This document shows positions 16,405-32,520 of a stretch of 64,000 nucleotides of DNA, piece by piece. Both the position numbers and the translations under genes were made by a program. The notes below the pieces were generated by a model that worked only from the letters and a program-made list of their open reading frames with translations, searched no databases and was not told the origin of the DNA. The stretch comes from the human T2T-CHM13v2.0 reference genome, Homo sapiens: NCBI RefSeq assembly GCF_009914755.1, contig NC_060934.1. One strand, given 5' to 3'. Position 1 is the stretch's first letter. Each line of letters starts with the position of its first letter.

Positions 16405-16590
16405 TTGCTATCCTGCCTTCTTCTCTCAGCTGAGCTGTCTGAAACATGCTAACATGCTTATACAATACTTGCTGTCCTGCCTTCTGCTCTCAGCTGAGCT
16501 CTCTGGAACATGCTTTTTATACAATACTTGCTGTCCTGCCTTCTTCTCTCAGCTGAGCTCTCTGGAACATTCTTTTTATACAATACTTGC
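16405..16590. repeat. ~59-bp minisatellite (3 copies)
   Basis: tgctgtcctgccttct.ctctcagctgagctctctggaacat...tatacaatact occurs three times. Confidence 0.88.
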
Positions 16591-17483
16591 CATCTGCATG
16601 TCCCATGTTGCCACTCCTTGGTTCCCACAGGCCCTCCGTCATTGAGTTCACATTTTCAGTCTCGTGGTCTCTGTGCTCCCTGTGCCTCCATAGCAGATTC
16701 TGGGATAGCAGATTCTGGGGGCAACAATCTCAATTTCGTTGGTGCTGGAGGAGTGGCCTCAGGGCATCTGCTGTCACCTCTGCTGGGGCCCCAGTCCAGC
16801 CCGTGCCCTCACTGTCCCCGCGGTGGCCGCCTGCCTTCCCAGCCTCTTCCCCTCTGCAGTGCGCGCTCTTGGGCGCAAGAAGCCTTGAGACTTCCCTCCT
16901 CCGCACAGCTGTGCCCGTGCCATCCCCTTCCACGAGGCCTGGCCCCCGTCTCACCCTCTGCACTGCTGGCCAGCATCTCGTACAGGCACATCTGCCTGCT
17001 GGGCTCCTGGCCGGGTTGCCTCATTGGGGGGTGATAAACGTGTGTGTTTTAGTTTTCATTTTTGTCTTATTTGTAGCCAGTGAGGTTGTATTTGGGGTGA
17101 CATTAGAACGGACACGTGGGATGTGGCACGAAATCAGTGTCTCAGGACTGAGTTCCTTGTGTGTGTCTGCCGGGAGCATTGGAAGTGAAGGAGGCGGTCT
17201 CTGCACATTTTTAGCCTTGGAATTTAATTGTTTTAAAAAAAGGAAATGGTGCACAGGGGTTACTGACTTGCTGGCGGCTGGCGTTCACGTGGTCTCCATT
17301 TTCTTCACAGAACCCTCCCTGTGAGGTAAATGGCACATAGGCAGGGCCCAGGTGGGTCTGGACCAGGGCAATCGCTCTCCTCTGAGTCAGGGAAACAAAG
17401 CTCCCATACACACTCTGCCACACTCACTGACTCAGGGGTTTTCTCATTGTTAATTTTGCTTCATTACAACTCCATTTTTAAAG

Positions 17484-17681
17484 AAATTGGAAGAATTAGA
17501 AAAAGAAGAAGAGCTGAGAACAGCTGCTGGAGAGTATGACAGTGTATCTGAGAGTGAAGACGAAGAGATGCTGGAAATCCGACAGCTGGCAAAGCAAATT
17601 CGAGAGAAAAAGAAGTTGAAAATTCTGGAGTCCAAAGAAAAGAATACACAGGGACCCAGGATGCCGCGAACTGCTAAGAAG
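17484..17681 (+). CDS. GTPBP4: GTPBP4 exon 14 (GC donor)
   Basis: taaag|AAA...AAG|gcaagt; [34 protein letters not shown]...PRMPRTAKK. Confidence 0.93.
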
Positions 17682-17840
17682 GCAAGTTTGTGTCTTTCCA
17701 AAGCAGTGTGATCTAGTTTTTGAAAATTGGATTCCTGTGTGATCATTGCTAAATAACAACTTTTCAACCCATTTATGGCCATAAGATTGCACATTCTTGT
17801 TTTATTGGTGTATGGATTTGCAAGATCGCTCACGTATTGA

Positions 17841-18643
<803 letters not shown>

Positions 18644-19255
18644 TCTGGACTCTTTAGCAATTTACAGAAACCTGACGCAGTCTACAAAAGGCAATTTATT
18701 GGCTCTGTGGCAGGGTGGGACTGGGGGAAGAAAGCCCACATGCAGGGCAGTTAACATGTAACCAGAGAAGTCACTTGACATTCAGGATGCCTCTCAGTGG
18801 GTCTTCCTGTTTGAATACACTGTTTTCACATGGTGGCAAGTGACTGGTTATGGCGGACTTGGACATTTTTGTACTTCTCCAGGTGGGGCTCAGCCATCTC
18901 TGGGAGGAGAGAGGTTGGCGCACTGCCTTTGTCTGAGGCCACCTCACTAACCTCAGCTTTAGTGTCTCACCTCTGATGGAGACGGTCACTCTCTCCCCTG
19001 TGTTGCGGTGAAGAATGGACAGACGTGGAGGATACGCTGATTCTTCCCACAGCAACTGCTCTGTTAATGTTAGTTTTCGTGGGATTTAATTGAGCTATCC
19101 AAAAACATGAAAGCGGGGCCCAATAAAAATTACAACTTCTAAAATAAGTATATTATAATTGTTGCAAAATATGTATACATATATATTGCCTTGAAGTTTT
19201 TTTCAACATTTCATCAAACTAATTTAAAGCTAATATTTCTTTTTATCCTTCTCAG

Positions 19256-19321
19256 GTTCAGAGGACAGTTTTGGAGAAGGAGATGCGTAGTCTTGGTGTT
19301 GACATGGACGATAAAGACGAT
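19256..19321 (+). CDS. GTPBP4: GTPBP4 exon 15
   Basis: ctcag|GTT...GAT|gtgagt; [22 protein letters not shown]. Confidence 0.94.
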
Positions 19322-19383
19322 GTGAGTGTGGGGGCGGTTCATGTGTTTATGTGGCTGGATACACCTTTTTAATAAAGAAAACT

Positions 19384-19721
<338 letters not shown>

Positions 19722-20356
19722 TTACAGCAAAAAGAAATGAGAGCTTCCAGTTTTTCTCTTTTGAGATTTGCTGGCCCTGGGACTGACTTGAAGTGATGGG
19801 TTGAGGATTCCCTGACCCTGGGTCTGGGTTGAAGTGGTGGATTGAGGCTGCACTCCAGCCTGGGCAACAGAGCAAGACTGTGTCTCAAAAAAAAAAAAGC
19901 TCCACAGCCAGCACGAGACAGCACCATGACGTGCCCAGGGTGTGGCTGCAGACCCTGTCCTCTAGATGTGCAGTCTGCAGTTTCCGTCTGATGGTTTCTG
20001 TCTGATGGTTGTCCCTTTGTGTTCATATCAGTAACCCCCAAAATGGGGCAGTGAGGGAGAGAGCATTGTTTATATCTGAAATATAAATTGTGATGCTATA
20101 CTATAATAATCACTTTTAAATGAGAGTTCTAAGTTTCTTTAAGTGGAGTTAAAATCAGCTTTCTTACGTAAAGCAGCTTCCGTTAAGTGAATAAGAATAT
20201 TTGACCAACAACTAATGTGAAATTGTTACTAATGTGAACTTGAAATGGTGTCACTAATATGAAAATACTGCGTGTATTTTCAAGACCTTTAGCCCATGTG
20301 TTAATGGTTCAGACGCTCCTCTCCTCCCCTCTTGCTGGAGTGACCTCATGCCTGTC

Positions 20357-20898
20357 GCTGAGCCTGGGTGCGGGGCTGGGGTCCTGAGCTCTGAGCCTGG
20401 GAGCGGGGCTGGGGTCCTGAGCGCTGAGCCTGGGAGCGGGGCTGGGGTCCTGAGCTCTGAGCCTGGGAGCGGGGCTGGGGTCCTGAGCGCTGAGCCTGGG
20501 TGCGGGGCTGGGGTCCTGAGCGCTGAGCCTGGGAGCGGGGCTGGGGTCCTGAGCGCTGAGCCTGGGAGTGGACCTGGGGTCCTGAGCTCTGAGCCTGGGA
20601 GCGGGGCTGGGGTCCTGAGCTCTGAGCCTGGGAGCGGGGCTGGGGTCCTGAGCTCTGAGCCTGGGAGCGGGGCTGGGGTCCTGAGCTCTGAGCCTGGGAG
20701 CGGGGCTGGGGTCCTGAGCTCTGAGCCTGGGAGCGGGGCTGGGGTCCTGAGCGCTGAGCCTGGGAGCGGGGCTGGGGTCCTGAGCGCTGAGCCTGGGAGC
20801 GGGGCTGGGGTCCTGAGCTCTGAGCACTGAGCCTGGGAGTGGACCTGGGGTCCTGAGCGCTGAGCCTGGGAGCGGGGCTGGGGTCCTGAGCGCTGAGC
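20357..20898. repeat. 33-bp G-rich VNTR (~16 copies)
   Basis: Unit ctgagcctgggagcggggctggggtcctgagc(g/t); 11-aa periodic ORFs. Confidence 0.97.
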
Positions 20899-20919
20899 AT
20901 TGCTTCCCCTGCTTTGCAG

Positions 20920-21063
20920 GCCCATTACGCAGTCCAGGCAAGAAGATCCCGGAGCATCACTAGGAAAAGAAAGCGGGAAGACTCTGCTCCCCCGTCCTCT
21001 GTGGCCCGGAGTGGGAGTTGCTCTCGAACTCCACGTGACGTTTCTGGTCTTAGGGATGTCAAG
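20920..21063 (+). CDS. GTPBP4: GTPBP4 exon 16
   Basis: tgcag|GCC...AAG|gtcagt; AHYAVQARRSRSITRKRKREDSAPPSSVARSGSCSRTPRDVSGLRDVK. Confidence 0.94.
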
Positions 21064-21924
21064 GTCAGTCTCTGTGTTGTGTAATGTAGTAAAATGACAG
21101 TCTCTGTTGTTTATTGCACAGGGTTCAGGGCAAACACCAGCAGTTGCCATTTGCAGGAACTATGGCAGGGGTTGTGTGTACTGCATGCCCTCGTTTTGTG
21201 GCATCCTTTAGAGGAGAGCACGGGTCAGGGTGCAGGTGGATGCCCCTGACAGCTGCCCTGGATGGACCCCTCCTTGGCACTTTGCTTTTGCGGAGGGTGG
21301 CCAGAGCATGGTCTGACAGCACTAGCAGTCTGGGCTTAGACCCTGCTGTCTGAAGAGGGCCAGGAAGTGGCCACAGCTGAGCACCAGGAGGCCTCAAGTC
21401 CAGCAAGCCCCCCATGGGAGGAACAGCAGAGGGAACTCCTGGGTTGATTGGCGGGTGATCCTGCTCATCCTTAGGTTGCAGGATTGTTCCCCCCAGGTGG
21501 AGAGCTTGAGTCACATTTAGTTTATTTGTAGCGTCTTTTGGCAAAGACACTTAAGATGGACACAGTCTGTCTTGCTGAAACGTCCTTTTATTAAACACAA
21601 CAACTTTTAGTTTCAGCGTTGTGGTAATGGAGATGCAGGAGAGTCTGTGTATAAACTGCAGTCTCCTTCATGGAAGCCTGAGCTTCACTCCTCTGTGCCA
21701 TTGCCATCTTGAAACCTGGCTGTTAATATTGGCATTGCCACTTGTCAGTCAGACCTGAGGAAAACAGGTTCATGGGCCTGAGTCCTTAGCTTGTGTAAGA
21801 GGGAGTTAAAACAGATGTGTGCTAACCTTCTAGGTCTAAAGTGTATCTAGTCCTGGGTATAAAGCTTGTCCTGGGTATGATTTTCATCCAGTCTTTATAC
21901 AAAAATACTCATTGAGTTCCTGCA

Positions 21925-22125
21925 GATAACTGTGCTGGGCTTAAGAGAAAAGAGATGTAACAGGGATAACTGTGCTGGGCTTAAGAGAAAAGAGATGTAA
22001 CAGGGGTAACTGTGCTGGGCTTAAGAGAAAAGAGATGTAACAGGGGTAACTGTGCTGGGCTTAAGAGAAAAGAGATGTAACAGGGATAACTGTGCTGGGC
22101 TTAAGAGAAAAGAGATGTAACAGGG
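21925..22125. repeat. 40-bp minisatellite (5 copies)
   Basis: g(a/g)taactgtgctgggcttaagagaaaagagatgtaacagg x5. Confidence 0.96.
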
Positions 22126-22241
22126 TCTCTTCGCTGAGCAGACCTGAGCCATTAAACAGATTGTTACCCAGTAGTTGAAATTCAGAATGGAAAATTGGTT
22201 TTAAGTAATGAACATACTTTATTTTTTTCTCCTCCTTTTAG

Positions 22242-22394
22242 ATGGTGAAGAAAGCCAAGACTATGATGAAGAATGCTCAGAAGAAGATGAATCGGTTGGG
22301 GAAGAAAGGGGAGGCGGATAGACACGTGTTTGATATGAAGCCCAAGCACTTGCTGTCTGGGAAGAGGAAAGCTGGTAAAAAGGACAGGAGATAG
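22242..22394 (+). CDS. GTPBP4: GTPBP4 last coding exon (17)
   Basis: tttag|ATG...AGA TAG; [50 protein letters not shown], the conserved NOG1 C-terminus. Confidence 0.97.
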
Positions 22395-22837
22395 TATCCG
22401 TTTGGTTGGCGTGGCTTCGCTAGAGTGTTGCTGTTTATTTCCTGGTTTGGCACAGTATGGTTTCATGAAATTGGAGCTCTGTATAAACTGAAAAAGACAA
22501 AATAAGTAAAGCACTTGTTGCTTTGCTGAAAACTATGGTTAACCCTATATAGGTGTGGGAAATTTTTGTCACTGCATAATATTACAAATATTTTGAGTAG
22601 ACAGTGTTTCCACATTTAATGGAGTATCAGTTGCTTCAGATTTTCAGAACTGGGAAGATTTACTGGTGTAACTGGGTTGTTTTTGATGGAGAAAAACCTT
22701 ATTTTCTTTTGTAAGAGCTGGGAGCAAACACGTTTATGAGTGTGTCGGAATCCCGTGCTTAAAATACGCTCTTAAATTATTTTCTAGTCTTATTTTACAA
22801 TGTCTCATTGTAGTCTGTCTTCAACTATTTTATCCAA

Positions 22838-22922
22838 AATAAACCTCCAGAAGAAAGTAGTTTTCATTTACTTAGCTCATGTTTTGGTTTAGTTATAGTC
22901 GCTATGGATTTGGCCAAATAAA
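22838..22922 (+). terminator. GTPBP4: GTPBP4 polyadenylation signals
   Basis: AATAAA at 22838-22843 and 22917-22922, each followed by T/GT-rich sequence. Confidence 0.7.
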
Positions 22923-23309
22923 AAGGCAAACAACATGACATTTCTATTTTGTTTTAAAGCAAAAATACTTTTGGGGGAGTAAAATGTTGCTGGAGGCATT
23001 AGGCAATTAAATATGGGCATTCTCCTATTTCTGTGGCCCGTCCCTGAAGTTACATGTTCAGTAAAACACAAAAACACCGCCAATGCCACCTCAAAAGCAC
23101 CTGCTGGGGAGCGTTGGGATGAAGAGCTGTGGGGTCGGAGGGACCTGCCCAGGGGTCCGTGTGCTCCTGGAGCTCCAAAGACACACAGGGGTCCAAGAGC
23201 CACCACGGATAAGTTATCAAGTCACACAATCAACATTATAGTTGAGGAAAGGACTTTAGTTAATCACACTTCTGGATTACATGTGGCAATTTTAAAAATT
23301 TACCAGGGC

Positions 23310-23590
23310 TGGGCTGGGCGCAGGGGCTCAAGCCTGTAGTTCCAGCACTTTGGGAGGCCGAGGTGGGCAGATCAGGAGGTCAGGAGTTCGAGACCAGCCT
23401 GGCCAACATGGTGAAACCCCATCTCTACTAAAAATACAAAAATTAGCCATGCGTGGTGGTGGGCATCTGTAATCCTAGCTGCTCGGGAGGCTAAGGCAGG
23501 AGAATTGCTTGAGCCCAGAGGCGGAGGTTGCAGTGAGCCGAGATCGTGCCACTGCACTCCAGCCTGGGTGACAGAGAGAGACTCCGTGTG

Positions 23591-23606
<16 letters not shown>
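23310..23606 (+). mobile_element. Alu (S-like)
   Basis: Alu consensus. Confidence 0.93.
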
Positions 23607-24076
<470 letters not shown>

Positions 24077-24094
24077 TTTTAAAGCAAGTATGTC

Positions 24095-24100
24095 TTTATT
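24095..24100 (-). terminator. IDI2: IDI2 polyadenylation signal
   Basis: AATAAA on the minus strand about 585 nt after the stop, followed by a GT-rich element (TGTTGTTGTTT). Confidence 0.7.
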
Positions 24101-24683
24101 TGTAAGCATATTACTGAAACGATCAAATGAACAGAAGTGGATAAACGTCGAGTCACTTGGCTGAGACCATACGCATCTTCCGTACTGCTTGTATTAGGAT
24201 GCAAGATTGAATGTGTCTTTTTTTTAAAAATGCAGCCTTGTGTTGCACTCTGAAATAAGTGATTTAAAAAGAAAAACATGATACAGAGATCCCATCCTGA
24301 CCTTGGAGGCTTGGATAAAGCTGTGGGGAGACAGCCTCATGGTCCAGCCAGGCTAGTCTGCCTGCTTCAGGACTCTCAAGATCTCCCCAAGACTTTCAGG
24401 ATCAGCTGCTGTTAATCAAACAAGTGCTTATAAAATGGAAATTGGGACAAAGGAAATGTTAAATTTCCTCCCTGCAACCAGGCAGATGAGAAATATGGAA
24501 ATAAGGAAAAGGGAAAATGAAGATATGACAAAGTTGATGAAAAGGTTGAAATAGTGATTTATACATGATGGGCAATCAAGTGCCCCTTTTGCCCTGTTTT
24601 TTGGAGAGGGTGTATCATTGCCTCAATGGTGCGTCTGCCTGCACTGAGGGCATTACACATGGCTGACTCGACCTCCCTGCCTC

Positions 24684-25001
24684 TCACACTCTGTGTATTT
24701 TGTGAAGCTCCACAAACGGGGTCACGTCATCCAGGTGAGGCCACCACCGGTACAGAAACCTCTCGGCAATGGTTCTTAGCCAGGGGGTGACTTTGACTTC
24801 ACCCCTCGCCTCCCTCTCCAGCAGCTCCCACAGCTCCTCCTGGGACAGGTAGAGGATGCTTTTCGTTTCACTGGGATCCGGGTTCAGAGTGACGTTTTTC
24901 CTCACAAGCAGAAGGTAACAAATTTCATGCTCTCCCCAAATTCTGTCTGATTTTGCCTTGTGGTGATAGATTGTCATGAACACAATGTCCTCTGGAGAAA
25001 T
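24684..25001 (-). CDS. IDI2: IDI2 last coding exon (exon 5)
   Basis: caatag|ATT...GTG TGA; [37 protein letters not shown]...TPWLR...KIHRV*; 318 nt. Confidence 0.96.
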   Translation of the reverse strand: MSPEDIVFMTIYHHKAKSDRIWGEHEICYLLLVRKNVTLNPDPSETKSILYLSQEELWELLEREARGEVKVTPWLRTIAERFLYRWWPHLDDVTPFVELHKIHRV

Positions 25002-25386
25002 CTATTGACAGAAATTGGTGCAGTGTTAACAACGCTAATGTAAAACACAGAATTTACAGAAAAATAGAGAAAATAAACACATTTGTTTTCCTCAGAAAAT
25101 GAACACTTTCTTTGGTAATTGATAATTTCCAAAACCTCAATTTTAGCTAAGTAAATTTTTGTGGACTCAAGTCTGAATGATAAACTGGCTTTGGTTTATT
25201 GGTTCCAGTAAACCTGTCTGTCTTCATTTAAAGAACTAACCGTGTCACACACACATCCTCAACAGAAAACCCCGTAGAAACCGGCTAGCGTTGTCAGGAG
25301 AACATCCATCCTCTCTTAAACGTGTTCTTGAGTGGATGAAGGTAACACATGCTCACAGGATCCTGGACATTCTTTCTACACTTGAA

Positions 25387-25655
25387 TTTCTTTCTTTTTT
25401 TTTTTTTTTGAGATGGAGTCTCGCTCTGTCGCCAGGCTGGAGTGCAGTGGCACAATCCCGGCTCACTGCAACCTCTGCCTCCCAAGTAGCTGGGATTACA
25501 GGCGTGTGCCACTACGCCCAGCTAATTTTTGTACTTTTAATAGAGACGGGGTTTCACCATGTTGGCCAGGATGGTCTTGATTTCTTGACCTTGTGATCCG
25601 CCCGCCTCGGCCTCCCAAAGTGATGGGATTACAGGCGTGAGCCACCACGCCTGGC
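25387..25655 (-). mobile_element. Alu with an internal deletion
   Basis: Alu consensus. Confidence 0.9.
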
Positions 25656-25734
25656 TTGAATTTCCTCTTCGGTGTGTGGTCGACAGATTCCTGCACAGTC
25701 CCAACCCTGCCTGGGACACATAGGGACTCACACT

Positions 25735-26096
<362 letters not shown>

Positions 26097-27145
26097 TTAT
26101 TCCTGAAAAGTGAATATATTAAATACAAATGCAGATGCTTCATGTAAAACCATCATCCGTCATCAGCAGAAGACAGCCTGGCGGGGGGAGTGGGTTTGTC
26201 ATGGGCTCTCAGAGCAGCACTCGCCTCCAGCCTCCACGGCTGTGGGCTTGGTGAGGGTCTTCCACATGACCACCTGGCGGGGCTGGCCCTGACCGCTCCT
26301 GCGGCCCTTCCTGCAGATGTGCACACACATGTCCCGTGGCACTATCCCAGTATGTCTTAGGAGAGGGACTGGTTCCTACTCAGTTTTGTACCCACAGAGG
26401 ACCTGAGATGCCATGGGGTGGCGGGAGGAGGTGGTGGGGCTGTGGGCTGGGTGGCTGCACCAGCTGGGCTGAGGAAGCTGGGCTGCACTTTGAGGGTGGT
26501 GATCAGTGAGCATGGTTTCACAGGAAGACTGCTGGAATACCTTTGACCAAGTTTCCTTACTGAGAGGTTCTACTTAATTTACCCAAGTAACAGCAATAGC
26601 GCTATGACGGGAGGTCACACTCTCCTCAGTAAATCTCTGTTCCCTCTCGTTCCTCAGACCCTCAGTGCTTCCTTCGGTCACTCTGCAAGGAGTTTGGCTG
26701 AAGTTGAATCCACTCTTGCAAGTACAAGAGCTGGTACTCCCACCTGCCCCTATGTATCCTGGAGGCGGCTAACACATGATAGGAAATCTTAGCTCCAGGG
26801 GCTTTATTTGCAAACTGTTGACTATGTACTACAGTTGACCCTCTTAACTTTGCAGCTCCTGAATTTTTCTGAAACAAACTTTGCATTCAGCTCCATCAAG
26901 GAGCCCGTGAGTACAACTTGACCAGCAAGTATGGTGGTGGGTTTGGGAATGGGCAGGATGTACCCACTGCGGCTCCGAGGAAGAACTAAGGGAGGAGAAA
27001 ACCTCGGCCACAGCTGGCCGTGCTTAGCCATTCGCTTTAATGGCTCAGGCAAGGTCTGGTTTTGAAAATTTGAGGACAGCCTAGGCCAAAACACTTTAAA
27101 TGACCACAATTGACGTAAATGCTGTTCCCCTCTAAAAAATTTTTT

Positions 27146-27522
<377 letters not shown>

Positions 27523-27801
27523 TTAATTTTATGCTAAATGCTATTTTAATCCCCTAAATCCTTAGGTTGATAAATTCCTCTGCATTTAAGTAACTTGCCG
27601 TTGCAAAGAAACAACAAAACAAAAAAACCCAGAAACTCATATAGTTTCTTACTTTTTTAAAAAAGAAAACCCAGCCTACTGAAGAGCTATCAGCATAATT
27701 AGCATCTGCCTAAGCTGCCGATTTTCTGCAGGATGAGCTGCCAGCTCACCACAGTGCGGCACTGAGCACCAGAGAGTTCCTGTCCCAGATTCCTCCGGTC
27801 A

Positions 27802-28107
<306 letters not shown>

Positions 28108-28129
28108 TCAGCGGATTAGAACACTCGGG

Positions 28130-29168
<1,039 letters not shown>

Positions 29169-29179
29169 TGGCTTAAGAT

Positions 29180-29580
29180 GGTCAAAGAAAACCAGAGCTG
29201 GACAGGAGTTAAAGCAGGAAAGTCTGACTTTACTGAGAACCATTTCAATAGGGGAAAGAGACCTCCATGGAGAACCAGCCTAACTGCACACAACACCCAA
29301 GGAGCAGGCTGGGGCCTATGGATTAAAAGTTACTAAGAGAAAACATCAGTGGGAAGGGGGTTCTGGCTACACCGACCTAACAAGACCTGCTGAAGACAGG
29401 CCTGCGTGATCAGACGTCACCTGGGAGGGACGGGGTTGAGGAATTTAATCAGATGCCAAGGTCAGGGTTCTCGCTAAAACAACCTGGTAGAATTCTTGCT
29501 GAAACAGGATCTTACGAGGAAGAGCACGGATGCCTAGGAGAAGGTGCAGGAGCCTGACAAGGGCTTGACCAAGCAAAGAC
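29180..29580 (-). mobile_element. ERV1-type solo LTR (MER31/MER67-like)
   Basis: tcaaagaaaaccagagctggacag..gttaaagc...caataggggaaagagacctc resembles the consensus. Confidence 0.55.
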
Positions 29581-29750
29581 GTCATCCAGGTGCTGCTCCC
29601 CGAGCCTTCTAAAGACGGCACAGCAAGCACACAGGTGACCCAGTGGTCGCCTCCTAGCCGGAAAGGCCTAGACTCTCTTCTTAGGTTGCTGTCGGGTGGG
29701 AAAAATGGGAAAACCCTGGGAACTGGACAGAGAAAATGGGCGGGGGCTAC

Positions 29751-29892
29751 CTTTCTCAATGTTTTCGTTCAGATGGCAATTCCTCTTGGTGTCGGCACCA
29801 ATAACCTTATCATTCTCATCCACAACAATCAGCATTTCCTCCAAGCGCTGCAACTGACGCCTGTCAACCCAGTCAAGATTTATGTCAGACAT
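29751..29892 (-). CDS. IDI2: IDI2 first coding part of exon 2 (exon acceptor at 29913)
   Basis: ATG at 29892; [47 protein letters not shown]; 142+93+131+318=684 nt = 227 aa plus stop. Confidence 0.96.
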
Positions 29893-30179
29893 AGCTGCTG
29901 GCTGTGACCCGACCTGAAATAGATGCACACAAATGCCTGTTTATGTGAAAGATATTGCCATCTCGTTTTTGCTATGTGTTACCAACCACATTAGGATTTA
30001 GCATACACCTTCTCTACAAGTGACAGCAATTGTGTTGAAGCAGCACAGTTCTGAGATATGGAAGGTGAATCATCTGTTTCTAATGTGGTGTCTCTCTGAA
30101 CGGGAAATCTTGGGTACATACATACTCCTCATGTTTTCCAGGTTTCCTTTAGTGACGAGTTAAAGAATCCCCGCCCCAC

Positions 30180-30212
30180 CACACACACACACACACACAC
30201 ACAAAACACACC
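30180..30212. repeat. (CA)n microsatellite
   Basis: Seen directly. Confidence 0.95.
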
Positions 30213-30383
30213 GAGGTAAACTGTAGGTAACACTCTTTGTACAAGTTTTTGGGGAAAAGTGCAGCCCTGTGCAAAACCACTGGACCTGGATCAGACGTGG
30301 AGAAACACACAGCCTTGTAGGAAAGCTACGTCACCCACAGAAGGGCTATGGTCCTCTTCAGAGCCAAGCAGATTCTTAGGTGA

Positions 30384-30758
<375 letters not shown>

Positions 30759-30965
30759 CTACTTTTTAAAAAAATGCATTCACGTCTGTCCATTATCATT
30801 ACTGTTAATATTTTCAGCAATCTGCTCCTCCTCTTTGCAAAAGGCTGTTTGACTTAATGCATGGACATGAGATACAATAGAAATGCAGAGAAAACAATTA
30901 CTGAATATGTACAAATTTAGATCATAAAAGAAAGAATTCCCACAAGGTAAAACATATGCACTAAC

Positions 30966-31040
30966 CTCTCTTGGAAGCTGGAGACTCCTGGGTATCAGAT
31001 GTGGAACTCAATGTGCAAGTTGAACCAGGGCCCTTTTATA
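30966..31040 (-). promoter_or_regulatory. IDI2: IDI2 TATA box (TATAAAA, 31040-31034) and short non-coding exon 1 (~31010-30966)
   Basis: Canonical TATAAAAGGG on the minus strand; donor GAG|gttagt about 70 nt downstream; the start site is inferred. Confidence 0.75.
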
Positions 31041-31256
31041 CCCTGGGGATGTAGAAAGATATCAGCTAAGGCAATCTGATATTTTTGTATTCTTAACAAG
31101 AAAACACACCCCGGTCTCTCTCTATCTCTCCATCTCTTTCTCTCTATCTTTCTCCCTCTCAATTGAGGGATAATAGAAAATTGTTTTGACACAATCTCAC
31201 TTTAAAAAATGCTTTTAGTTTTTAAACCTAGGGTAAGTTATTTTCTACTCTATGGC

Positions 31257-31556
<300 letters not shown>

Positions 31557-32284
31557 GTTCGATGGCATCTTTTTAATTCACTTGCTGTATATATCATCCC
31601 AGATTTTAAAAAGAAAAAATAAAGGTGGCAAATGGAAGAGAAAAATAATAAACATTGTGACTAAAATTACTGAATAAATTCTTAGGATAGCTGAAAATCG
31701 ATAAATAAATGCAAGACCTTGGAAACCAATGTGTTTGGAAGAGCTAAAAAACTGTATAATTTCTTGCCTATCATATTCCAAATATCATCTACCAACTAAA
31801 GCTCTAGGCCAAATAGTTTTGCAAGTAGGGTCTCTTAAAATATCAAAAAAATGTTTGCCATATCTGTCGGTTCTCTCAGGGAATATGAGGAGAGAAGCAC
31901 GATGGACGCATGACTCCGCTGACTTTGGCACGGATAATACAGAACAAAAATAACACAGCAGCAGTGATGGGTAATATTCTATAAAAAGATTAATGTGTTT
32001 TGCTCTTTTGTCTTTCCATAAGTTCACCTTTATGCATGTAATTTTTAGTTACGTAGAAAATCAAAAGGCTATGCCTGAAATGTTTTCCCTGGAAATCAGT
32101 TCTGAGACTCAGGAATAAATGGTCTGTTTGAAACTTGTTTCTTTTGCAGTCAGAAGAGTAAGAATGGGAGAATGATACTCTTTTAAAGATCTAAAAAATA
32201 ATAAATAAGTCTATGAATTAGGCTTTGAGGAAGAAACTAATATACAATACCGTACCTATTATAATCCAACAACTCTAATAGTAA

Positions 32285-32520
32285 TAATAATAATAGTAAG
32301 ACAGCCAGACACACATTGTGTCCTTCCTTTGTGCCAGTTTCTATTTTAAGAGTTTAATGTATATTAATTCATTTGGTCCTCACGACAGCTTTCTGAGATA
32401 AGCGTTATTTTTTATTATCACAGCATCGATAAGGAACTGAAGCACAGAGAGGTAAATTACCTGCCCAAGGCAATGTGGCTGCAGATGCAGCTGAGCCCCC
32501 AGAATCTGTGCAGTTTAACA
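32285..32520 (-). mobile_element. MIR SINE
   Basis: gataaggaactgaagcacagagaggtaaattacctgcccaagg MIR core. Confidence 0.8.

Noticed and set aside
16510-17324. 174-aa and 245-aa intronic ORFs
   Set aside because: GC-rich intron next to minisatellites; no recognisable protein or convincing exon boundaries
20254-21150. 160-298 aa ORFs with 11-aa periodicity
   Set aside because: Translation of the stop-free 33-bp VNTR in several frames; intronic, with no exon signals
21925-22125. Regular direct repeats resembling a CRISPR array (also the other arrays)
   Set aside because: Head-to-tail units without unique spacers, no cas genes, and mammalian DNA
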